A stretch of DNA of 63,042 bases, counting the filler. It is 4 parts of 4 records of this genome, joined end to end, with 100 filler letters (N's around TTAATTAATTAA, not from the genome) between each part and the next. Parts side by side here need not be neighbours in the genome. Positions count along the whole stretch, not along the records: positions 40,076 to 53,238 come from SRR20825019_880; positions 53,339 to 63,042 come from SRR20825019_884; 2 more parts are not named here. The stretch is one strand, 5' to 3'. This document shows, piece by piece, positions 51,318 to 61,078 of the stretch (position 1 is its first letter; each line of letters opens with the position of its first letter). A program made the translations under genes and the position numbers. The notes under the pieces were generated by a model, which saw nothing but the letters and a program-made list of their open reading frames with translations, did not search any database and was not told the DNA's origin.

Positions 51318-53101
51318 TTAGATCAAAGTTTGACCACGGCTCTCCTGCTCGCTCTGGGCCACCAGGAACGCCACGTTGCGCGCCGATATCGCGGAGCACT
51401 CCATTGCCGAGGCTACGCTCTCCATGGTGTTTATGTTGTACAAGCCCGCCTTGATGGTGATGGGCTGGTAGTGGTGCTCGGCGTTGGGCTTGAGGCGAGG
51501 AAAGGTGTACGGCCACGGTTCCACGATGACCGAGTCCACGTCACGGAAGATCCGGTTCAGCTCCGCGCGGTCGATGGTCTTGGGGGCAAAGATCTTGAAT
51601 ACCTTGAGTCCGCCATCGACGTCGTCCTGTCGCCGCTAGCAAGTCAGATGCCGGACGGGGTGAACCGCAATAAATCTCTTACCTCTTCGTGGAGCGAGTA
51701 GAATGGGACTGTGTTGGTCACGTTGGTGGTGGTGTATATGGTGGAGGGGATGTCGTCCTTGTCGGTAAGACCAAAGTAGGCTGGGTCCACAGCCCGCGCC
51801 TTGATCAGGTGCACGGACCAGGTCACCCACTCCCGCGCCTCCACCTCGGCGCGGCCGGCCACCCTCGAGAGATCAATGTTGGTGTGCTCCATGGGTGCCG
51901 CAAAGACAACATAGTCGTACACGGCGGTTCGGCGAGACGCGTCGTCGCCCTCGCTCACTTCAACCACGAACCGGCCGCCGTCGGACGATTCTCCGTCGCG
52001 GATGGACACGACGGTGGAGCGAAGGTGCACGTTTGCCTTGGCGTTGTGCAGGAGGGCCTCCACCATATCGCTGTTGCCGGACTGGATCCACCTGGCACCG
52101 ACTGCGGCAGTGAGAGACACCAGGCTGCAATAGCACCGGATTAGATCAGGTAACAACACAATAACTCGAACGAGAGCGAGGCGATATTCCAACGGATCAC
52201 TGACAGTCTACGCCTCCACAGACAAATCTTCACTCAACACCCCTCCACACACCCATGGGCCCGCGCACAGACGAACCGCAATGCCCCATGACCTTCCAAC
52301 ACACACCCGTGCCGACCCCTTCGCATCCCAGGCCACATCCAAGCCAACCTACGTTCCAAATGCGTGAGTGTCGGCCACCTCCTGGTGATATATATTGCGC
52401 ATGAGAGGATTCAGAAAATACGATACGACATCCGGGGCGTCCTTGGCGAAGAACTCGCTGGCTGGGGTCCTGAGATATCTGTCGAGGTCACTCACCTTGA
52501 GGAAGTCTTCGACCGTGGCGAACGGAGTCTGGCGACGGAGCACGTCGCGCAAGAAGTAGTTGGTGCTGAGGACACGGATGAAGTTCGCCTCACGCACCGC
52601 GAGGGACCCAGACGTCGCCCAGTGCTGTTTCAGCGTGCGACCGGCATCAACAAAGCGATGTCCATTCCACGTACTGAGGTCGCTGTGGAAGCGAGGGCGG
52701 TCTTGGACCGATTGCGAGTCGAGGGCTGCCGTGGTCTGGTGGGCGAAGCTGTCCCAGACGGAGCGGGTGGGCTCCGGGCCCTCTCCGGGCATCACCTCCT
52801 TCTTCATCTTCTGCATGTAGTAGTTGACCACTGACCACGCGTCGCCTCCGACCTCGAAAGGCTTCCCGTCCACCACCACGTGCTTCAAGCGTCCGCCAAT
52901 ATAGTCCCGGGACTCATACACGTCCAGGTGGACACCGGGTATCTCTTTGCGAAGATAGTGGGAGAGAGTCGCGCCTCCGATGCCCGCGCCCACGACGGCG
53001 ACCCGGGGCGAGGACGTTAGTGGCGCCGTAGTACCCGCGGAGACAACTGCGGCGACAGCCAGCAGTCCTAGAAGAGCAAGGAAGGCACTGGGTCGGGCCA
53101 T
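51318..53101 (-). CDS. PCYOX1: Prenylcysteine oxidase / farnesylcysteine lyase, 3 exons, about 499 aa
   Basis: Exons 53101-52353, 52124-51683, 51626 (or 51635)-51318; signal peptide; VAVVGAGIGG, IGGRL, FKIF, ESVASAMECSAISARNVA. Confidence 0.85.
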
Positions 53102-53215
53102 CGTGTAGGTGATGTGATAGTGCCCTGCGGCCTTGAGTCATACTTGTGCGGTCACACCGGGTCATACTTGAACGGGAAGGGGTTGACCCTTAGTTCCCTG
53201 TGGAACGCGGGGAGT

Positions 53216-53238
53216 GGGGGGGGGGGGGGGGGGGGGGG
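53216..53238. repeat. Poly-G run (23 nt) at contig end
   Basis: Direct reading. Confidence 0.9.
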
Positions 53239-53338
53239 NNNNNNNNNNNNNNNNNNNNNNNNNNNNNNNNNNNNNNNNNNNNTTAATTAATTAANNNNNN
53301 NNNNNNNNNNNNNNNNNNNNNNNNNNNNNNNNNNNNNN
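53239..53338. other. Artificial contig spacer
   Basis: N44-TTAATTAATTAA-N44. Confidence 0.98.
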
Positions 53339-53354
53339 TCTAAAACATAATATT

Positions 53355-53936
53355 ATGAAGACAAAAATCAAAATTTTAGTAACAACGGTAGTATTGACCT
53401 TATTTATGTCAGGCAAAGCAACCGCCCAAGGAATGCCTACTTACGATAATACAAATTTTATCAGCTTGGTTAAGCAACTGATAGAATCGGGTAAACAGAC
53501 TGCTCAAATGATTAAGTCTGTAAAATTCTTGAAAGATGCAAAAGAGGCTATAGAAAAGGTATCAAGCGTTGTCGAACAACTCAGAGCAGTTGAGGAAATT
53601 GGCCAGAATAATCAGCGCCTTATCAACGTAATGCAAAATGATTTACAGGATATTTTGAATTCGCCCTACATCAAACCCGATGAAGTTTCAAGGGTTGTGG
53701 AATCGTTCGATGCCATAGTACAAAACTCGTTAGACACAGTAGATTTTATTGATGAAGTACTATCCAGCGATTACCTAAAAATGAGCGATGCCGAACGTGC
53801 TGAAATCCTTAAAGCAAAAGAGCAGGAATCCAAGCAAATGGTTTCCAATATTACAACCAAAACCAAACGCTATCGTGACATCATTTCCTTCAGGAAAATG
53901 CAGGATAAAGTCAATAATCGAGAAACCGAATACTAA
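53355..53936 (+). CDS. Conjugal transfer protein (DUF4141/VirB5-like)
   Basis: Signal peptide; QGMPTYDNTN; helical; MSDAER motif; precedes traJ-like gene. Confidence 0.7.
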   Translation: MKTKIKILVTTVVLTLFMSGKATAQGMPTYDNTNFISLVKQLIESGKQTAQMIKSVKFLKDAKEAIEKVSSVVEQLRAVEEIGQNNQRLINVMQNDLQDILNSPYIKPDEVSRVVESFDAIVQNSLDTVDFIDEVLSSDYLKMSDAERAEILKAKEQESKQMVSNITTKTKRYRDIISFRKMQDKVNNRETEY

Positions 53937-53938
53937 AA

Positions 53939-54781
53939 ATGACTGCGACCATTCTCTTAGGAATTGGACTGGAATACATCGATACCGTCTTCCAGACCAT
54001 ACAGGCCAGCGACTTTTCGCAATACACGATTGCAGGAATGAAAACGCTCGCTGTCCTGTTCTTTCTGGTCAACATCCTCAAAAAATACAATGAAGGCATT
54101 GCAGATAAGGATGGCTACACTTGGGGATTGAGTCCAGGCGAACTGGCAAAGAATTTTGCCATTGTCATTTTGGTCATTTTCTCAACACAAGTATTAGGAT
54201 TTTTCGATGGTATATTAGTTGCCATTGAAGGACAATATCGAGGAACTGCACCAGCCTTATTGCCATTACAAATGCAGGATATTCCCATAGAAGAAGATGT
54301 AAGTATCATCGAGGTTGCACAAGCTGCTATGACATTATTATATGAAGCCTTGGTCACACCGCTTTACGGATTCAAAATATTTGCATTCATCATTAGCTTG
54401 TTCCTCTGGATATTAGATTTGTTCATTTATCCATTGTTTTTGGCAGAACGCTTTTTTCTACTCGGAATAATGCAAACTTTTTTTCCCTTGGTCATTAGCC
54501 TTGCAGTCTTTGAAAAGTTCCGTTCGTTAGCTTATACATTCTTCAAGCTTTATGCTGCGGTCTATATGTTAGTACCTGCTTTCTTTTTAGTAAACGTCTT
54601 TGTGAATGCACTCTATACGGAAATCAATACTAATTTCTGGGTCAACCTTTTTGGAACCGATACAGGTCAAGGATTTTTTGCACCTGTGGTTCAGCTTGGG
54701 TCGGTTGGTTTTATTGTTTTCCTAAAATTCAAATTGTATAAACGTGCCACGTCTTTTACTCTCAGACTATTTACCAATTAA
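53939..54781 (+). CDS. Polytopic conjugation membrane protein (TraJ/VirB6-like)
   Basis: Multiple TM segments; position directly before traK. Confidence 0.7.
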   Translation: MTATILLGIGLEYIDTVFQTIQASDFSQYTIAGMKTLAVLFFLVNILKKYNEGIADKDGYTWGLSPGELAKNFAIVILVIFSTQVLGFFDGILVAIEGQYRGTAPALLPLQMQDIPIEEDVSIIEVAQAAMTLLYEALVTPLYGFKIFAFIISLFLWILDLFIYPLFLAERFFLLGIMQTFFPLVISLAVFEKFRSLAYTFFKLYAAVYMLVPAFFLVNVFVNALYTEINTNFWVNLFGTDTGQGFFAPVVQLGSVGFIVFLKFKLYKRATSFTLRLFTN

Positions 54782-54792
54782 ACCCATTCAGA

Positions 54793-55407
54793 ATGAAAAC
54801 ACCATACAAGAATATTTACAACGTCCTAAAGCTGAATCGGTTTATCGTTTTGGCGGTTGTTGCCTGTGCCTTACTATCCAGCACATTTTCGGTTTGGATG
54901 GTATTCAATACCAATCAAAAAGCACTTAATAGTGCGTTTGCCATCAATACCGATGGCAGTATCATTCCCCTGAAGCTCGTGACCCAAAAGGAAAATTTTC
55001 GGGTTGAAGCTTTGGCACATTTGGATCTGTTCCACAACTACTTCTATAACATCGATGCGAGTAATTACGAACGCAACCTGGAAAAGGCTTTGTGGTTAGG
55101 CAATAGTTCCGTGGACAATCTCTACCGCCAGAAAAAAGCCGATGGTGTTTACAACAGATTGCTTCAGTATTCCTTAGTTCAAAAAGTTCTGAGTATCGAG
55201 TCACGGATATCTGAAAATAATGGCTCGTATGGTTTTACAACGACTACCATTTTTGAAATCAATAGAGGTACAATCATCGACACCTACGAATTGGTTTCCA
55301 CCGGAAACCTGATTATGGTTGATCGAAACTTTCCCAACAATCCACACGGATTATTGATTACCAACTATTTCGAAAACACTTTAAAAAAACTAAACGATGA
55401 AAGTTGA
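54793..55407 (+). CDS. traK: Conjugative transposon protein TraK (VirB8-like)
   Basis: N-terminal TM; EALAHLDLFHNYFY, NLEKALWL, NPHGLLITNY. Confidence 0.85.
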   Translation: MKTPYKNIYNVLKLNRFIVLAVVACALLSSTFSVWMVFNTNQKALNSAFAINTDGSIIPLKLVTQKENFRVEALAHLDLFHNYFYNIDASNYERNLEKALWLGNSSVDNLYRQKKADGVYNRLLQYSLVQKVLSIESRISENNGSYGFTTTTIFEINRGTIIDTYELVSTGNLIMVDRNFPNNPHGLLITNYFENTLKKLNDES

Positions 55408-55460
55408 AAGCCGACCCGCCTGACTTCGGGCAGGTAATCGGCACTTAAAAACTCACTCTT

Positions 55461-56390
55461 ATGAAAGTAGAAAAAAACAAGATAGTATTTGCAGCGGTAT
55501 TGGCCGTGATTTTCATATTCCTTATTTCCTATTCGGTAATGGTAATTGGCGATGATGAAAGTGAAACAGAAAATCTTAAACAGACCTTAGTACCAGATTT
55601 GGAAGAGGACCAAAAAGAGTATGATTCCAAACTGGATGCAATTAACGACTTAAAGAAAGTTCGGGAAAACAATGCACCAAGCATCTACGATGAAAAGTTG
55701 ATTGATTCCTTGGGATTTTACGACCCAGATTTACCAGAACGCGAAAAAGAACGTATCGTAGATAGTATCTATGAAACGGGTAAGATTCAGTATTCAGAAA
55801 AGCGACACCAAAATTTGGGACAGAAAAGAACTGCTCGCAAAGTGGTATCAACAATCGATTCTGCTGAAGTAAAGCGGGAACAAATAATCCAAGCGAAAGA
55901 ATTGGGCTTGGAACATCAATTGTTCTTCGCTGCTGCACCTAAACCCAATGAAATTTCAATAATCGGAAATACAGATGAAACTATTTACGTAGTTGTGGAT
56001 GGCGACCAAGTTGTAAAAGCGAATACCAGATTACGAATGCGCCTGACCAAAACTGCTACCATTAATGGTAAAGAAATGCTCAAGAATACACCCATTTTCG
56101 GTTTTATAAGTTTTCAGCCTAATCGGGCGCTTATTGAAATTGAAAACATAAAGCACCATCCCACAAAACTTAAAGCTTTTGATTTATCTGATGGAAGCGA
56201 AGGTATCTACGTACAAAACAATTTTAGGGCAGAGGCCACTACTGAAGTGTTGGACGATATTATTGGCGACATCAACATACCTACCGTTCCGCAAGTAGGT
56301 GGCGTAACAAAGGTGCTCAGACGTAGCAACCGCAATGTAAAAGTTACGGTTTTGAACAATTACAGATTAATCTTAAAACCGAAATTATGA
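55461..56390 (+). CDS. traM: Conjugative transposon protein TraM (VirB10-like)
   Basis: N-terminal TM; VDGDQVV..RLRMRL, AFDLSDGSEGIYV, KVTVLNNY. Confidence 0.85.
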   Translation: MKVEKNKIVFAAVLAVIFIFLISYSVMVIGDDESETENLKQTLVPDLEEDQKEYDSKLDAINDLKKVRENNAPSIYDEKLIDSLGFYDPDLPEREKERIVDSIYETGKIQYSEKRHQNLGQKRTARKVVSTIDSAEVKREQIIQAKELGLEHQLFFAAAPKPNEISIIGNTDETIYVVVDGDQVVKANTRLRMRLTKTATINGKEMLKNTPIFGFISFQPNRALIEIENIKHHPTKLKAFDLSDGSEGIYVQNNFRAEATTEVLDDIIGDINIPTVPQVGGVTKVLRRSNRNVKVTVLNNYRLILKPKL

Positions 56391-56420
56391 GCCCATAATG
56401 GGCATTTAAAACGCACTCTT

Positions 56421-57260
56421 ATGAAAAATTATATCATTATTTCCGCTCTTATTATTTGTTCGACTTTCGCAAAAGTAAAAGCACAAACCACTCATTTACT
56501 CGACACCATTTATGCAAACGACACCAAGAACGTTGCGTTATTTTTTCCTGAGCCAATCCGTCAAGGCATAACTGGTTCAGACAATTTTGTTTTTACATAC
56601 AACCGTGAAAATGAACAATATTTTGGGCTACTTCAGGCAACCCCTGGGAAGGAAAGTAATTTGTTGGTAATCAACAGAAATGGTTCGATTTTTTCGTATA
56701 TTGTAAGGTACAAAAAACAGCTTTCTAAGCTCAATTATTTCATTCCGCTATCAAATAGTATCGGTAATGAAAAACCGATTGTAAATGATTCGGTTCTTGT
56801 TGAATCTTCTGAAGAACGTGTAGATAACAGCACCTATTATTACCAAAAATTCTGCTCATATCTTCTCAATAGAAAACAGCGCATAGGGCGAATCAAGAAA
56901 CGAAACGAAGGTATTATCTTGACCGTAGAGAATATTGTTTTTGATAAAGATGAGCTCTATTTCGTTATCGAGATTGAAAATAATTCTACGTTGGATTACG
57001 ATTTGAATTTCTTGAACCTTTCGATTGAAACTCGGCAAAAAGGGAAAAGGAAATCGTTGCAACGACTATATAAAGAACCGATATATAAACATAATCTGCC
57101 GTCCAAGATTAAGGAAAATGAAATGGCTCGATTTGTTTATGTGTTGCCCAAATTTTCATTATCCGATGACCGCAGGGCAATTTTGGAATTGAATGAAAAG
57201 GATGGCGAACGTAATATAGAACTGAAATTATCGCATAGATATATCAATAACCCAAATTAA
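56421..57260 (+). CDS. traN: Conjugative transposon protein TraN (DUF4138, VirB9-like)
   Basis: Signal peptide; LFFPEPI, LYF.IEIENNS.LDYD, VYVLPKF, ELNEKDGER. Confidence 0.85.
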   Translation: MKNYIIISALIICSTFAKVKAQTTHLLDTIYANDTKNVALFFPEPIRQGITGSDNFVFTYNRENEQYFGLLQATPGKESNLLVINRNGSIFSYIVRYKKQLSKLNYFIPLSNSIGNEKPIVNDSVLVESSEERVDNSTYYYQKFCSYLLNRKQRIGRIKKRNEGIILTVENIVFDKDELYFVIEIENNSTLDYDLNFLNLSIETRQKGKRKSLQRLYKEPIYKHNLPSKIKENEMARFVYVLPKFSLSDDRRAILELNEKDGERNIELKLSHRYINNPN

Positions 57261-57267
57261 TACTATT

Positions 57268-57630
57268 ATGAAAAGATTAGTCATTTGCTCGCTCATACTT
57301 TTGTTCCTTTCTTGTTCAGAAAGCACAACAAAATCCCCTTCTGAAATTGCCAAAGTTGTTGCGTCAAGCTTTTTCTCAAAAGATGAATCAGCCTTAAAAA
57401 AGCATACCACTTCTGAGGGCTATGCCAGTTTGATTACTGTACAGAATATGATGCCAGATTCCGACCAAGACATCGAGGTAGAAATTTTAGATGAATCTAT
57501 AGATGGCGAAATTGCCTGGGTAAAATACAGCACAACTTTCGATGGGAAAACTGGCATTTTTAAACTGACTAAGGAAAATGGTCAATGGAAAGTGACCAGT
57601 AAAGGCCCGAGGGAAAAAGGGCCGTTTTAA
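57268..57630 (+). CDS. Small NTF2-like (DUF4878-like) lipoprotein
   Basis: Lipobox FLSC; SPSEIA..F, E.IDGE.A.V, LTKENGQWKV. Confidence 0.7.
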   Translation: MKRLVICSLILLFLSCSESTTKSPSEIAKVVASSFFSKDESALKKHTTSEGYASLITVQNMMPDSDQDIEVEILDESIDGEIAWVKYSTTFDGKTGIFKLTKENGQWKVTSKGPREKGPF

Positions 57631-57640
57631 AAGACTTTTT

Positions 57641-59008
57641 TTAATTTTTATCAAGATTGATTTGCCAATAACCTCTTGTATCGCCTTGACGCGTTAAAAA
57701 GCCTTTATTTTTGATAGCCGTAATATGCTTACCAACAGCAGATTCATTAATACCCAAAGCTTCAGCTATTTCGTTATAAGTTATGGAAGGATTTGTAGCA
57801 ATAAGTTTAAGAACTTCTTTTTGTCTTTTAGTTAGAGCTTCTGTCGTATCAATTACACCACCTATTACACCACCTATTGCACCACCTTTTTGACCACCCA
57901 TTACACCACCTATTTGACCACCTTCTTCAACAGTAGTTTCTTTAGCAGCAAAAGTCATTCTAAGGAAGTTATCTGAAAAGCCAAAACTCTCTTTTCCATA
58001 GTGTTCCAAAATACGAGGGATGCCAGAACCCAACTGTTCCACAAGTTCCAAATCCTTAAAAATCCGCATCAGTTCTTTATTCCGTGGAACTGAAAAGCCC
58101 TCGAAAAATTCCTGTTTGCTCAATCCTTCCGGAAGACCGCCTGCAGATGTGATTTCAATTCTATCCGCAAAGATTTCAAACTTTGGGGTAATCTCATTGG
58201 TATAATCGTTATGCACAAAGGCATTGATGATGGCCTCGCGTAATGCGATGGGATTCCAAAGGTTGGCTTGCTGTCTTTCTTTGGCCGTTATTTTTGTGTT
58301 GGTTCTGTTTTCAACCGCAATTTTATCAATTACTTGCTTGGTGGCTTTGACCAGGCATTCGTGACCGTATTCGTTGCTTTCTATCAAGTCTATTCGGGTT
58401 TTGCCCGAATACTTGGCTACTTTAATAGAAGTATTGTTTTTGTCTGCCAAAAGATAGCCGGCATAATTGAATGCGCCATCTTCAGCAAGTAGTTCCAAGT
58501 TCTTTGCAAAGGCTTTACCAAGGGTATGACCCGATTCCTCGTAGTAGATTTTCAACTGGCTAAAGCTTAAATCTTGACGACCCGCTTTAATTTTGCTGAT
58601 GGAATTTCGGGTGCGCTTGGCAAAGAGCTCGTCAATCATTTTTTGGGGCATTGGCTCAGCTGCTGAACCTAAGCGGATAAAACAACCCTTTTCGCTCATC
58701 CCGTATTTTTTGAGATGATAGGGTTTTTCGGGACCACTCGCCACAATGATTTTCAGGATATTCTTTCCATCTCGTTCTTCGCTTACAATATCAAAAAGAC
58801 CCAAAGCTGAAGGGCGAATATTGTTCTTTAACCTGTCTTTAATTTTTAATTGGTCGCCATCCGCATCAGCCAGACCGTAAGTGTTCCCTTCCTTATCAAT
58901 ACCAATATAAATAATGCCGCCTTCACGATAGTTCAAAAAAGCAATGACCTCTTTTTCAAGTCCATCGGACAGTTCTCGTTTGTATTCTATGCGGTTTGTT
59001 TCGGTCAT
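57641..59008 (-). CDS. Schlafen/AlbA_2 - HATPase_c_4 - wHTH protein
   Basis: ETNRIEYK..AFLN..GG.IYIGID; ALREAIINAFVHNDY, EITSAGGLP, VEQLGSGI; C-terminal HTH ending QGDTRGYW. Confidence 0.88.
   Translation of the reverse strand: MTETNRIEYKRELSDGLEKEVIAFLNYREGGIIYIGIDKEGNTYGLADADGDQLKIKDRLKNNIRPSALGLFDIVSEERDGKNILKIIVASGPEKPYHLKKYGMSEKGCFIRLGSAAEPMPQKMIDELFAKRTRNSISKIKAGRQDLSFSQLKIYYEESGHTLGKAFAKNLELLAEDGAFNYAGYLLADKNNTSIKVAKYSGKTRIDLIESNEYGHECLVKATKQVIDKIAVENRTNTKITAKERQQANLWNPIALREAIINAFVHNDYTNEITPKFEIFADRIEITSAGGLPEGLSKQEFFEGFSVPRNKELMRIFKDLELVEQLGSGIPRILEHYGKESFGFSDNFLRMTFAAKETTVEEGGQIGGVMGGQKGGAIGGVIGGVIDTTEALTKRQKEVLKLIATNPSITYNEIAEALGINESAVGKHITAIKNKGFLTRQGDTRGYWQINLDKN
57852..57923 (-). 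repeat. Six 12-nt tandem repeats encoding GG(Q/V/A)(I/M/K)
   Basis: ATTACACCACCT-like units give GGQI GGVM GGQK GGAI GGVI GGVI. Confidence 0.9.
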
Positions 59009-59150
59009 TGTTTAAATAAAATCGGACAGTAAAGATAATGATATTAAATTGTGAGGATATGTTTTTAAAAACTACAATAGGATTACAGTTATTCCGAATG
59101 CAAGAAAATGTTTGTTAAATTTACAAGTTTAACCAACCATCCACTTGCGT

Positions 59151-61076
59151 ATGTATTTATCCAAACTTGTCATCAAAAATTTTAGGGGAATCAAAGAAAT
59201 GGTGCTTAATTTTAACCGTAGCATAAATATACTAATCGGGGAAAATGGAAGTAACAAATCGGCAGTTATCGATGCTATCAGGTTACTTTACAATATGGGT
59301 GAACCCATCAGGGATATTTCAGTAGGATTTGCTGATTTCCACGAAAGTATAGAAAAAGATGCAGAAGACAACTTGAATGTCACGAGAGCAGATAAAATTA
59401 CCATAGCTTTTCAGTTTAAAGGGTTATCAGCCTCACAAAGAGGTGCATTGTATGAGTATATGGTTATTGATCCCGAAGATGATACAAATGAATATGCACA
59501 AGTTGTACTAACCTACGAAGATAAAGGCGGAAAATATCCTATCTCATCTTACTATACTGGGAATGTTGAGGGTCAGAAAGCTGATTATAGTACATTCGCA
59601 ATTTTTCAGCATTACTACCTGAGTGGTCTAAGGGACAGCACCAGAGATTTATTGACCAATAGAGGAAATGTCTTGGGTCGTGTTATCAAAAGGCGAGTTG
59701 AAAAAAACGAGACTGAAGATGTTATTGAAGGTATTATGCGTACTGCAAATGATGAACTTTTAGCGCAAACTGAAGTTTCGGAAACCCGTGATGGGGTAAA
59801 CGAAAATCTCGCTGGTATTTATCAACGCTTTAGAGATAACCAAATTGGACTTCAAATAGAGCAATCAAAAACCGAATATATTGTAAACGCTATAAAACCA
59901 TTCTTACCTCACGATAGGGATAGTTTGGCGGGTGATGGTTTTTCGCTTTGGCAGAATAGTTTAGGGCAAAATAATCTTATATATATTGCAACAGTTCTCG
60001 GCGATATTAAAGACCAAATCAAAGATAATAAGATACCTCACTTTGCCCTGCTTATTGAAGAACCCGAAGCACACCTACATCCGCAACTTCAGCTAAGTCT
60101 TTATAGTTTTTTGAGAGATTCCAGCAAATCTAAAAACAGTCAATTATTCATTACAACACATTCCCCAACGTTAACTTCCAAAGTACCTTTAAAGAACTTA
60201 ATATTATTGGATGGTCAAGCCTTCCAATTGAGCAAGCAGTTTAAAGATAGGGTTTCGGAAAAGATTATAGAAGACACCGTTAAGGGTAAGGAATTGACCC
60301 AAGCAAATTTCAGATTCAGACGAAGACAGTTGGAAAGGTATATAGATGTGACAAAATCTCAACTGCTGTTTGCCAAAGCAGTACTATTTGTTGAAGGTAT
60401 TTCCGAAGAGCTTTTAATATCAGCTTTTACAGCAATAAAGAAATATCGTTTGGAAGATTACAGAATAGAACTGGTCAATATTGGTGGCACGAGTTTTTAT
60501 CCGTTTATTCATTTGTTCAATTCGAGCCAGCCACATAAATCCATTGACAAACCAGTTTCAATTCTAACGGATGATGACAAATTTTCTGGCTCGAAGAAAA
60601 AAGAATACTCTTTTAAGAAACTTCTTGTCACAGATTATGAAAAGTTGGATGAACTGGATGGTTTAATTCAGGCAGCAGACGTATCATCGAGAATTCCAAA
60701 TATTACTTCCGCGATTAATGGTAAAGACACTATAAAAATCTTTGCTGCTGAAAAAACTCTTGAATATGAATTGGCACTTGCAAATATCCCAAATACAAAA
60801 GAGGGTATTGAAAATAACTTTCTATTTAAGTACATCTACAAAATAAGTTCCAAGAAAGCGAAAGCCATTCTTGACTATGTGGATGCCGTGATTGACAAAG
60901 AACTTACCGAAGAACAACAGAGAAAAGCAGCTATATTATTGTGGAAGTCGTTTCCAGCTAAAGGCGAATTTTCTCAAAACTTCTCACTATATATTCTCAA
61001 GAACCTAAAGCGTGCCAGAAAAGAATTTGTAATTCCAAAATACATTCGAAAAAGTCTAAAGCATTTAAAGGGGTAA
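59151..61076 (+). CDS. gajA: OLD-family ABC-ATPase/TOPRIM nuclease (GajA-like)
   Basis: IKNFRGI, GENGSNKS, SLGQNN, LIEEPEAHLHP, TTHSP; TOPRIM FVEGISEE and TDDD, TLEYEL; ATG 59151. Confidence 0.85.
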   Translation: MYLSKLVIKNFRGIKEMVLNFNRSINILIGENGSNKSAVIDAIRLLYNMGEPIRDISVGFADFHESIEKDAEDNLNVTRADKITIAFQFKGLSASQRGALYEYMVIDPEDDTNEYAQVVLTYEDKGGKYPISSYYTGNVEGQKADYSTFAIFQHYYLSGLRDSTRDLLTNRGNVLGRVIKRRVEKNETEDVIEGIMRTANDELLAQTEVSETRDGVNENLAGIYQRFRDNQIGLQIEQSKTEYIVNAIKPFLPHDRDSLAGDGFSLWQNSLGQNNLIYIATVLGDIKDQIKDNKIPHFALLIEEPEAHLHPQLQLSLYSFLRDSSKSKNSQLFITTHSPTLTSKVPLKNLILLDGQAFQLSKQFKDRVSEKIIEDTVKGKELTQANFRFRRRQLERYIDVTKSQLLFAKAVLFVEGISEELLISAFTAIKKYRLEDYRIELVNIGGTSFYPFIHLFNSSQPHKSIDKPVSILTDDDKFSGSKKKEYSFKKLLVTDYEKLDELDGLIQAADVSSRIPNITSAINGKDTIKIFAAEKTLEYELALANIPNTKEGIENNFLFKYIYKISSKKAKAILDYVDAVIDKELTEEQQRKAAILLWKSFPAKGEFSQNFSLYILKNLKRARKEFVIPKYIRKSLKHLKG

Positions 61077-61078
61077 GT

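Noticed and set aside
44199..53165. Many overlapping Arg/Pro/Gly-rich ORFs (e.g. 44199-44861, 47512-48015, 48481-49119)
   Set aside because: Expected shadow ORFs in high-GC DNA; no motifs, and most overlap better-supported genes
40076..53238. Giant-virus origin of the GC-rich contig
   Set aside because: Dense spliceosomal introns, a microsatellite and no recognisable viral genes
53216..53238. Poly-G as a functional G-quadruplex
   Set aside because: Sits at a contig end, where poly-G is often a sequencing or assembly artefact
39976..53338. Eukaryotic island integrated at a bacterial tRNA next to an ICE (apparent cross-kingdom transfer)
   Set aside because: Both boundaries are artificial spacers, so the adjacency is an artefact
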